The notes below the pieces were generated by a model, which ran no database searches, was not told the origin of the DNA, and saw nothing but the letters and a program-made list of their open reading frames with translations. Below, one piece after another: positions 10,611-22,649 of a stretch of 64,000 bases of DNA. The DNA is from Epithemia pelagica (taxonomy: Eukaryota; Protista; Bacillariophyta): assembly GCA_946965045.2 (NCBI GenBank), contig OX337230.1, positions 3,038,001 to 3,102,000 of the forward strand. The letters are read 5' to 3'. The translations under genes and the position numbers were made by a program. How positions within the stretch are numbered: the stretch's first letter is position 1; every line of letters begins with the position of its first letter.

Positions 10611-13600
10611 ATGTCACGCAATAAGCTCGCTCCTCCTCCTCGGGGTTACGTGCGACAAGAATCCGTCTCTCATGATGGAACAAACGACAGTATGGAACAG
10701 GATCATCCATCTGGTGGAGAGTTTCAGGCGACATCGGCAAAGACTGGGATTTCGGTGGACCACATGGCAGCGCCCATACAACAAGCAGCATCCGCCAACA
10801 ATTCTCATCCCTTTCGCAGCGTTCTTCGCAACCCGAACAAAGTGGATGATGAGCGCCATGTAATGGAAAATAATGCCAGCACGGATCCTTCCGTCTTCGC
10901 AACTTCTGTGAGAAAAGGTGGAGAGTCTGCAATGACATCCATTCCGGCAATTTACGCCGTTCCTACCTCCGATACATTTGACGATTCGACCGTTCTCGGT
11001 GGAGGATCCCTGGCCGCCGCAACTTCTATACCAAAGCATTCTCAATCACGCCTATTGTCTCAATCCACTACACCTATACCTTACCATTACGACAATCACA
11101 AACGTTCCTCACAACACGACAACAACAACACTGCAACCATGCACATATGCCGTCATTCCACTCACAAATCTTCCACGACGGTTTCATCTCAACAAGAACC
11201 ACCACGTCCACCAGGTCACAGTCACACTTCGCCCCGAACACCCATTTCATCGTCGAGAAAAGGAGCTTCGTCTGATTCATCACGATCTACAAAGCAACAA
11301 CCTTCCAAACGGAAAACACGTGCCAGATCCAATGCACCACCACCCAGAAAGCCATCCACGGGTCCTCGAGATTTTCAACATCATCATGATTGGCCTCGCG
11401 TATCAGTCAAATCTGTCAATGTGAACATTCGAAGTGCGTATGGATTGACACCTTGTCCAACTGTACAAGAATGGAACGACTTGGCGGCAACAGGAGGCGC
11501 GTCGACTGGGGCCGATGGTCGCAAAACAAAATTGCCACTGCCCTCTTCCGCACCCTCGGCACCATTGCAGTATCGACGCATGTCACCATCTTTGCAGCAT
11601 TTGGAAATGATTCAGCGATTGCAGCAACAAACCATTGTGCGTCAGCTTTTGTTCTCCCCAAGTTGTGGGTACGACGCCGATCCGTTTGTCGCGCAAAGTG
11701 CAGCCTTGGGAAAAGAATTTCAATCTCCCTTTCGAGACCAGCAAAAACGAGAACAAGCATCTACCGACAATACGACACGTCGTGAACCGACAAACAACGT
11801 GAAAAGTAAGAAAAATTCCACCACCAAACGTCCCAGTGATGGTCGATATCGTGCCGTGGATATTGTGCAAGCGTACATCAACTCTTTGCCAGAAGCGGCA
11901 CCCATTTTAAGTCACCGCAAAATGCGCTTGCCAACTCGTGCCGATGTAGGATTTCCGGGAGCCACAGAAGCTGAAATCATTGCCAAACAAGGGGAGATTG
12001 CCCATGAAACGGAATGGGAAGAAGCTACACCCCGATTGGTCGTTCTCGTGACGACCAGTGATTTGGGAACCACAGTCGAAGATGAAACCTACCATGTGTT
12101 GACCGAGCCTCATTTGCACTGGAATGGTGGTGGATGGGAAGGCATGCCTTTTTGTGGACCCGAGTTGTTACGTGCCATGGACCAAAATGCGGTTCAATGG
12201 GGACGGCGGCACCAACAACAGAAACATCAACAACGACAAACAAGACGAAAAAGGAAAGAACAAACACAATCTACACAAGAAGTGCTTCCCAGTCCTCAAG
12301 ATCGAATTTGGCAGCCCAATTCTTCTTCTGTTTTGGCTCCACCCCTCGATGCCACGTACAGTAAAAGTCAAGGAGGATGGAGACCTCGACTGTTTCATGA
12401 TCGCCCTCCTGGTTGGCATTACGTTGCTGTATGTCCCACTCATGTGCAGTTTACCTCAAACCTGGTCCAAACAAGCGAAGAACCACTCTTGTGCAGCTTG
12501 ACTTTATACAAAGTGGCTACTAGTGGCACCACGGGGCAACCGACTGAGAAGAATATCAAGGGAGGGCGTAAATCTCGTACTCACTATGGCTCCAAACGAA
12601 GCGAAGAGTTCTGGTTTCCTGCCGGGAATTGGCGTGGCAAGGCAAACTTGAACATTGCACAAAGGCCCGACGGAAACTACGATGCCTCTATTTTGGAAGC
12701 CTGGTATCAACGCCAACACAAGGCTATTTTTTCCTTTCCCAGCCATGGGAACAACAGGCACGAAGATGGACGAGGGGACCTTAGTAACAGTGACGACGAT
12801 GATGAGGGTGCGCTATTTGTGGTTGTCAAAGTAGTCAAGGTGGCATCTCCTCCGGCATCAGCAACAGGCACCGATACCGATGCATCCCTTGTAAAATCTC
12901 ATGGAGATGGCGTCTATCAGCAATTTGGAATGCAACTTTTGGCCCCCGTTGGGTTTGGAATTACAAAGTTGCAACAAGAACACGATAGTGTACCGTCGAG
13001 CAGAACCACGACATCCTCCTATTCGCCTCCTCAACAGGACGCGTCCCAGTGGCCTTTGGGTTTGTTCCAAACGGTAGATCTCGTCCCCTTTCCTGAACAT
13101 CCGGAATCTCATGAGGCCTTTGTCGAACGGTTAATTCATATGGTGTCCGAGAAGGAAGAATCATCCAAAACTAAGGCACAAACAGCAAATGGAACCCCGT
13201 CAGACCCGGCAAGCGGTGCCACGTGCAGAAAAAGTCGTATGGGTCGTATTTTTCGTTCCCCACTTAAGAATCGATCGCCAATGAGACATCGAGGTGCCGT
13301 GGCTACTTCTACGGCTCGGTCCACCACCTCGTCAGTGTCTTCTGCGTCTTCCTCAGCTGTGACGACGTCAGTAGCCTCGTCGCTTCTAGGAAGGTCAACT
13401 ACGGTTACGGACCAGACAAATGGTTCGCGCTACGGCAGCGTACAACTCTTCGTCTCGTGGTTGGGTGCGGACTTTTTGGAGTGCATGCTCTCTGAACCTC
13501 CCGAATTGTCGGCGACTTCATCGCCTGGGAACCCGACAACCCCCACCGAACTTCCTCGCGTTTTGGTCGATCCAACTGGAGATGCAGCCATTCTTTTGCG

Positions 13601-16600
13601 TGGTTCAGGGTCAACTTCCTTGTCATCGTCCTCCTCGCGAGAAGCGCAAATTCACTCAAATAATACCCACCACAAACGTTCACATTTGGTCCGTTTACCG
13701 CCTGTACCCATCCCAGCCGATTACGTACAAGCGGCCGAACTGAGAGAGGTCCTAGCCTTTCCCTCAAGACCCGAGAAGTCGTACGATTTGGATCCTCCCC
13801 TTCCAACGTACCGATCCTTGGTCAACTTTTTGTTTGTTTACCCACGCTCGATCAAGACATTGGTTGGGGGTGAAGCTACTGCGGGGGGTATTAACAACGG
13901 GTCGTCCTTTACTGTACGATTTCGTTTGGTCAAGGTGGAGCACCAAACAACTCTGGACAATAAGAGCACTATGAATGGACAACCTTTGTCGACCACTGCA
14001 TCCAATAAATCAATGCCGGTCGCGAATATCCATTCAAATGCGCCATGGGCAGGTAAAAGTTTGGTCGAATCAGCCTATACCACCATCCTTGGTACCAGTA
14101 ACGTGCCCTTGTCCAATCTCCAACAAGGTATCCCTTTCCTGTTCGATGAATTTAAGGTACGGTTGCCGCTTCTTTTGGACGGAACGTTCTATTTGGAATT
14201 TATCCTTTTTGCCGTTGAACCAGTGCCAAATCAAGGTGTGGCTCTCCGTCCACTAGCTGAACCGTCATTAGTACCTTTGAGCTCCAGTGGAACGCGGGAT
14301 GCAGGGTCGGGGAGTAAAGTTGCCACGGTTATACCCAATGGAAATCATCGAGTCAAACTGGGAGATTTCCAACTGACAGTGGAAACACGACTCGTTAGCT
14401 CTGTCCATATCAGTGGAGATACTGCCGTGGCAGTAGCATTGCGAGACTTTCCCTTGGCGAGACCACGACAACTCGAGCATCTCCCAAACGGAAACGGTGA
14501 CAGTGCTGTTGCGATGGAGAAGGGGGAGAACGGCACCGTTACGTCTGCTGAAAGTACCAAACAAACGGCCTTGGAAGGTTCCGTTGACATTCGAAGTGAC
14601 ATTGATAAGAGCGATGAATTCCCGTTGTTACTGTCAGCAGCGTTCCCAGCTTCGGTGGTGGCTCATTTCCCCGTTTTGCTTTACATGCACCTTTCAAACT
14701 TGGTTAACTTGCGAGACAAAGTCTATTCTCCGCACCATGGTGCCCCATCCAGAGCCCCTGGTACTCAATTTATGATGGGAACTATGTTAAGTTTGTTTCA
14801 ATTGCTGGAAAAAGCTAAAGCGAAGTTTCTAAACGGTGGTCGAAATGGCCCTGGCCGATTGGGGTTGTTCATTAAGGATTCCATTGATGTGTTTGACGAA
14901 GCGATCTTGTCGAAAGGATCATCACTGTCCGACCAGGCTGAGTCCGCTCAGGATCAAGAAGTTGTGGATGCCACGTCATCGAGACACAACGACACGGATT
15001 CTACGAACCAGCAAGATCTCGACGACGATCTTGTCGTTGTTGGGTCAGAGGGCGACCGAATTGATGAGGTTGCTGTGCGTCTCAAGAGCCGCATGATGAA
15101 AGCAAAAAATTTTGAATTGCGCGTTACTAAAATCAAGGCAGAGCTTGGGGCCGCTGGTGTCCCACTTGCTCGTTCTTCTTTTGGCGCCAGTAAGATTGAT
15201 CGCATGCTGGCGGAAGCGGAAATTTTGTCTGGTCCTGCCACTCTGGAACAATTTTTTGACGACGACGAGACAATTGCTACAATCTCAACCTTCCATCCAA
15301 GTAGCAACAGAGTCATGTCGGGGGCGGTGGAATCTGCGCGTGGAAGTCAGAAGATTGCAAGCAACAATGTCAATCCCAATGATGTAAGTCAACTCACAGA
15401 CAACATAATAATGGACGATGGCGACACAACAAGTAGTGTGGTTTCCACGAAACCTATGGATGAGAACGGTGGCTTTGGACAGGCGGGGACACACAGTGAA
15501 TTCGCCCGACGATTCAAGAGTGCTGCGCATGTGATGCTGGCACCTTGTGTTGGACACACCTTAGCCAACATTCTAGCCCCACGTCCTAGCCCTCGGTCGG
15601 GATTTCCCGAAGAGTCGCCCAAAGGCACTACCCTCAACAAAGACGATGTCAAAAAGTCGCAATCTATTATCTTGGAAGTACCAGTAAGTTTTCAAGACCT
15701 TCCTTTTATGTTTGTGTGTCCGTAAAATGCTGATTGAAAAATTCTTTCTCTCATTTTCTTGTAGTCGCTTCAAGAATCGGAAAGCATCGAAGTAACTCAG
15801 TCGGGAACCGACGACGAAGGTGAGGACGTTGACAACATAAGGAATCGAGGCTTCCGAGGACCACCGGATACCCCTGTGCTACTCTTCTCTGCCAGTAGGG
15901 GTTCTGAAAGCGATTTTTTTGTATCTTGTGGGAACTTTCTGTATGAAAGTATCATTGTGCTATGGCTTCGAGCTTGGTTGGATCATATCGAGGATGGCAT
16001 TACCAACTCTTCTGGTTCGATGGACAGCAAAATCACATCTTTCGTGCTTCCTTCTCCCAGCTTGACTCAGCCAGCTCATCAAAGTCCTATATTTTCATTT
16101 TTCGCAAACATGGACTTCTTGCTCCCGCTGTGTACAAAGTCCATTGCTTTGCGCTTCAACATTGAAGTTCTATCAAGATTTCCTCCTTGGACAAAGGCAC
16201 TTGTCGACGAGGGGCACTTGAGAGTGCTTGAACCTTTCATTGAAATGCTTGCTCGTGGTCTCATGGGCCAAGCTTTGTCGGGGTTGAAACATTCCGAGGA
16301 ATCCTTAGATATTGCTCTATTGCGAGCTCTGGAATCATCAGGGGTTGTCCATGATTTCATCACCGGTCTGACGGCTGTCCTTCATCCCGAGCACGTTCGT
16401 TCTCTCATTACACAGTATTTTCGAACACTGAGAGATTGCGAGACCGAGCACCTGGGAGATTTATCGTCTATTGACTTTCGGTGGACGGAAGAAAATCTTC
16501 ACAGAGTCAGAGCATCGCGACAACTGAGACTTCAAGCTATTGAACGTTTTGCCGTTTTCCCAGCTTTTCTCGCAATGAATTACCCTCGCAAGTTCACGTC

Positions 16601-19346
16601 TCCAAGCAGCTCTAGAAACCAGAGACGTACCCAGAAATCTGATTGGCTTCACCAATGCACTAATGCCTCCCACGAAGACGAGTTTGTTTCGAAGCCAAAA
16701 ATACAGGGGGCTTCTGAGAAACTTCCCCGAGCAGGGTGGTTAATGGACATGCTTACAAAGGAGTCGCTCTCAATTTGCTCTCTCTCCAGCGAATCCGTTG
16801 TTGCGGAGGCTATGGCGCACATTGAAGTCTCAAGACACGAGTCAGGCTCCTCCGGTGCACAACCCACGATTGCACCATCACTGAAAAAGAGACCAGGAGC
16901 TGCGTTGAAGCGATCAGATCTTCTCATGTTCCAGGCATTGTCAATACAGGCTATAACTTGTGTTTACGAGCTCATTATACGCAGGCACGCTATGGACAAG
17001 CGATTCCAGGGGGAAAGCGGACGTGGTCGAATCGCAGGAATGCTTGCCTCGGCTATACTAGACAAGTCAATCACAAGCGTTCGCTGGTTAGCAAGAATGG
17101 AAGCCAATCACCGCGTGAGATCCACGTGGCTGCTCTGTGTGATTTATGTTCTCCAAGAAGCACCAGAACACCTTATTACTCTTTTTGTTCGATCCTACTA
17201 TGACCCACAGGTAAGCCATGTCAAAACGCACTTCTCCAAAACGTTGTTATTGCGTCTCACTGAAACGTTGAGGCGACGCAGGATTTCAAAATCCATAGGT
17301 TTATTCGTCTTCTTCGGCTATGTACTTCATCGTTCCAGAATTTTATTGACCGTCCGTTGGATTCGAAGCTCTCTCCTGCGTTGGACAAAGGGCTTTCCGC
17401 TTGGTTATTGCAAGAAAGTTTCAACACTATTTGTGCTGCAACGAACACAGTTGTCGACGCTTGTGCAGGACTGACATCGCATTATCCTCAAGAGGAAAAG
17501 AAAATGCTTCATGGGTTGCTCGATCTGTTACTCCATATCTTGACGACACCACAGTCATCAGTTACTCATTTGAGGGCGGTAGGAGGCGCACTACAAGCAC
17601 TTGAACAGTTTGGGGTCCAGTCCTTCACTGAAATAGCGGGGACAAACTTTCAGTAAGTTCGCCATGATCTTTCGCACTTTAGTGGACTGTTTCCCATACA
17701 TTCTAACTTTCCACAGGCACTGGATCCGAGTTGTTTTGACGTTGATGAACAGCACCTCTCTTTCTGTGCGATCTATCGCCGTAGACTTTCTTGTCTCGTT
17801 GCTTGGAAGTACATTTGACAAGAACGGGAATATCGGTGAAGTCTCACTCATTATGGCTTCTGTCCTACCAGAAGTCGTTGCGAGAGAAATTGCTCTTTAC
17901 AGTGTCCGTGACCTTGTTAAAACATTTGATGACGTTTCCCGAGTCGTTTGGCCACTTCGTCGGTCTCTTGTCGATCTTGACGGTAACCCACTCGATGATG
18001 ATCGAATCGACCCCTATCTATCTCCCATCCTTACGACCTTGTGCAGAGCATGTCAGGCTGTGATTGATGGAGTTTTGATAGAGCTCCGTCTGAAAGGCAA
18101 TAAATTTCTGTTTCCGAGCAACGATTTTCGGGCAGCAGATGACACGCTTGTCTTCGACGCTGACGAGGAATCTTTATATGAAGCAGCAAGCTTCTTCTTA
18201 CCTGAAACTGGTCCTATGCAGCGTATTCGATGGCTCAAGACATTAGTTTCGGTCCATGAAAAGAAGGGACAATGGGCAGAGGCTGCTGAATCTCTTATAA
18301 TGTGTTCAAGGACAATCTTGGACTCAATTCGGCACTTGAAGTATGTTTGGCGGCCTTCGAAATTTCTTCTATGGTCCGATAGCAGGCGGTCGCACTGGCT
18401 AGAAGATGTTGGAGAAGAGTCAAGTCAGCCTGATCGTGGTAATTCAGCAGTTATTGATTTTGCTAATGAATTTCTTGAACCGTATGGGTTGCTATGGGAG
18501 GCGAAAAAAACTACAGCAGCCAGCAAACTTCAGCAACCCACAGCTTCAGCTCTTTGTGAGGTACTTTGTGATTTCGCGAAAGAAGCAGTTGCCTTCTATC
18601 TTCGTGAAGGAGGGATGGAAGAACAAGCATTCGCACAATTTCTCACCTTGCAAAGGACAGCGATGAACGTTCTGGAGGATGGACCCAGATTTGCTCTTCG
18701 TGGTGCGGCGGCCAGAAAGCGTTTCGAAGAGGACGCCTCGATACGGAGGGCACTGGTCAGTCTTGGTGTTGAAATAACGTCTCTGACTGAACGCATGTCT
18801 ATCGATGATTCGTTTTCTGCTGTACCGCCGCCAAGTGCTTCTCCACGGACGGTTCTCAAACATGAAGCTATGTACGTTTTTATACGAATATCGGGAAAGA
18901 AGCCACCTCGTTTCCACGAAAGTACTTCTCTTCCATGTTTCCTTGAATGGCGAGAGACTAGTATCTGTCGTATCCCGAGAAGCATTTTGGACGACCTAGA
19001 AATTTCATCAGTCGAAGAGATATGCTTTAGGTTTGCTGACCCACTGATTCGGTTTTTGCAACACGAACGCGGAAACGACAAGGTGGAGTTGATCTATAAA
19101 CCCAACGACGAACGTGAGGAAAGTGATGAAAATATGACGTATTTGGTTGTTTATCCTGCCAACTCTTCCTTCAACTCCGATGCGCGGTGGCTGGGAATAC
19201 AGCGCCGTCGCTTTTACATTGTTCCAAAGAACACCTCGCAGTCGACTGTGGAAATGACGGTTGCCCAGCCTTTCCCATGCCCGCTATCTCGTCAGCGTTC
19301 CGTTCTTACCGCGGTTACTTCCCCTCTTTCGGTTCCCATGAGCTAA
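10611..19346 (+). CDS. DOCK-family protein (DHR-1/C2 domain plus apparently incomplete DHR-2), 4 exons
   Basis: Exons 10611-15683, 15765-17210, 17282-17652 and 17717-19346 with phase-consistent GT-AG introns. C2-DOCK motifs NFLFVYPRSI, SAYTTI, FDEFKVRLPLLL...YLEF, TRLVSSVH. DHR-2 lobe-A-like RIRWLKTLVSVHEKKGQWAEAA and a terminal FPCPLSRQ. Confidence 0.8.
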
Positions 19347-19575
19347 CAGCCATGGTTCATGTTGAATACGCTTGTGGTGCAATTGGTGAAGTATGCCAAA
19401 AATAGCCAGATCGAGGAGGCTATATGCAGCTAGAAAATAGAGAATCTTCTAATATTCATAAAGAGTTTTGGAATTCATAAATGAAAGTCTGAAATGCAAG
19501 AGCCAAGATCCAAGATATCTATTCAATTCCCCCCATGGGCAATATGCTTCAGCCTCGTACACAAGAGGTACATAA

Positions 19576-22199
19576 CTAAGAGAAGATCATTGGTGATTGT
19601 TCAGTATATTCTGTTTTGGTGGGCTCCTCCTCACTGGATGAATCTTCAATGGTGGCCACACGTTCTTCGTCGTAGAGAGCACCAATTTGACCCATGAAAG
19701 CGCAGAACTCTGTGAAGTCAACAGAGCCATTGTGATCCAAGTCAATAGCTGCAAACATGGCCTCGAAATCGCGATCGCTCATTTTATTCTTCATGAATGT
19801 TTTCATTTCTTGTTTAGATAGGACCCCGTTTTGATCAGCATCCATTCGTTTGAATTCTTGTTGCAGAACGGCCGGAGAAAGCTTTTCGTGAGTTCCATCA
19901 AAATCAATGGTACTCGCAATGCGTCGAGCAAAATTATGCTTGTATCGTTCTGCTTGTTGACTCACGTAGCGCGTGTGCCAACCATATAGCATTCCGAGGG
20001 ACACGAGAGCCCCCCAAATGACGAAGTATGCAATCCAGCCACCTTTCATACGAGAGCCATCTTTGTAGGGCGTTTCGGTGTACAACGGGTCAAAACGTTG
20101 AAATTCATCTTCAGTGGGACAGTTATCAGAGTCAACACAGTAGCCCTTCGAAATAAGAGGCATCCTATCAGGACCTCTCACCACCTTTTCGGAGTACGCC
20201 TTTCGCAGCTTCTGGACAAAAGCAGCCTTGCTTACTTGCACCGCCTCGTAGATGTACGATTCTGCAAGGGGGTTCTCTGAGTACGGCGGAATGTCAGACT
20301 TTATAAAATATTGGCCAGATCCACTTATACGAGTCCTTTCATCATTACTGAAGCTTTCCGTCTCAGAATACTCAAAGTAGTTCGCTCCATCGTTTCCTCC
20401 GACAAAGCCGTAAAATGTGTCTCGGTCAACTGGAACTACCTTTCCTGTGTTCCCACCATGAAACCGTCCATTGGCGTAGAAGATCGAAGCCGTTCCATCC
20501 TTTTCATGTGTAGACGTTCCATACTTCTCACCAACTTGGACATATCCGTTAATTCCACATTTCCCACTTCCAATGACATTCGCAGATTCGTCGGGCACAG
20601 CAAAGGAACAGAATTCTTCTTCACTCGCCGGCTTGTAAACATAGTAAACGCTTTCGTAATAACGAGTTTCCATGATTGTACGGTTGATGAAAATGTCAAC
20701 ATTATCTCGGGGATAAGGAAGAGTGTGCTCGAACCGTTTCGAGGCAAACGATTCCATGAGCGGCTTGCCGCGATTATCAAAAACTTGCATGGTCCCCACC
20801 CAATACCCTTCATAGTCGAACCAGGATTCTGCATTTGCTTTGAGGTTGGGAGATGCCCCAGGGTTGTATCTTTTGTCTTCTGAACAGTTCTCGGTCAATG
20901 TTCCTTTGCATCGTGATGTCTTGGTATTGAGATTTTCATGTCCTCGATTCGGTTTCTGGAAGGTCTCGGTGGATACTGGCAACACTCCGACGTCCTGAAC
21001 CTCTACACCGTCTGGTCCTGATTCACAGCGATGTAGGACTCTGCGTCCCAGAAGCGGTTGAGGAGATCGTGACGTACTGCCGAGTTTGGAGGCAACGGTG
21101 CCATGTTCACACGAAGTCACCGTTGTACCATTATGGGCGTAGGTTCGTTGAACAAAACACAGAATAAGGCGCTCCAAACGGTTGATTTGGGCTTCTGATA
21201 CCTCCATGGGCTCATCCAACAAGTTCCAGTTCACGATCTCTGTACAAGGGGGAGTGGTGAGTCCTCCCTTGTAAGTAAACATTCCATATGTGTCAGCGGT
21301 GGGAAGATCGTACACATTCGGAGCTTGTCCAGAAGGGAAGTCTACGGTGGTGGGATGGTTGATGTATTCATGAACTGCAGGGCATGTTATCACATCCTGG
21401 AGCGTTTCCAAATCTCGATGAGCGAGATCGTTTGGGCACGATTGAGCCACTTGTGCTGCCACGGCTTCCCAACCCTTGAGAAACCATTCAAACAGCTCGT
21501 GTTCTTTGTCGCTCTTTGAGATAGAGATCATGGTCCCAAAGACGGCAAACGATTGTTCATTCACGTTTGATGCCACTGCTTCTTCTTGGTGCACCACATG
21601 GAGCTCAGCTGGGAAAAATCCTGAACCTCCTATACCCTTGCCAACTATTTCATGTTCAGAAAATGTATGAATATGAAACTGTAATACATTAAACTTGTTT
21701 GGGGAATGAGGAATATTCATTTGCCCGAAGCTGCATTTCTTCCCTGGTTTTGGTTCCACCTTAACACCTGAAGTTGACATCCAAACGAAAATTATGAGAA
21801 TAGTCTGATTGTGCGAAAAACCACGAATGAAAAAAAGAACGCGACAGGTTTCATGTGTCTTTGACAAGGCTTACCATTGTTGCTGATGGTAAACCAAAGA
21901 TCATTCCAGTCACATGTTCCAGGAATGAACTTGTAGGCGTCCATGTTTGTATCACATACAGCCTTCTGAATCTGGTCACTAATTGTTACGGGAGACTGCC
22001 CATAGCCACTTATACCACCCGTCCCCCCACACTGATTCTCTGTATCTCCATCGAGCTCCAAAAAGGCCCATCTTGACGGGCCCAACCCTCCAGCTTCGTA
22101 GTAGGTAAAAAAGTTCCCCATTCCAGAACCGTCCACAAAGTTTGTCACCACAACGCTCGACAGAACCCAACGCATCAACATGGTCGGAGGAAGCATCAT
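19576..22199 (-). CDS. Alpha-carbonic anhydrase fused to an unknown luminal domain, one TM helix and two EF-hands
   Basis: Signal-peptide-like N-terminus (start could be 22214 or 22199) and intron 21768-21874. QSPV, QFHIH, SEH, AELHVVH and GLTTPPCTE show intact Zn ligands. TM segment WIAYFVIWGALVSLGMLYGW; EF loops DADQNGVLSKQE and DLDHNGSVDFTE. Confidence 0.88.
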
Positions 22200-22649
22200 G
22201 TTATCTTTTGCCATAGACTTGCTGCACACTCCAGCCTAACCAAGATCTTGGGGGCATGTTCTTGCCCTTGTTGCCAATGGACCAATCTATCGTCCTTTTT
22301 TCTTCCAACTTCTGCAAAAGAGAAAGCAATTTGATGCGGGATGGATGGGAGCGATCGGAATTCTTGCGAAGAGATGATGATGGGATGTGTCTTTTGCGCA
22401 GCCGGCAATTTGCTATTGGATCATTCCGCAGTACGACATAGAAAAGTTCCGATGAACAAATAAAGGAGTTGAATGTCGTGTGTCACAGAAACGTCTCTGA
22501 GACTTTTGTTTATCCTGAGTACGTACTCCTTCAATTTGTCCCCGCGGGACTCAATGGGCACGCTGAGCAGGGGTAGACTATTATGGACTTCAAATCATAG
22601 GGCTTCAAGCTTGTCTGTTCATCAAAATCTGAAGCTTGTCGCATTCACC

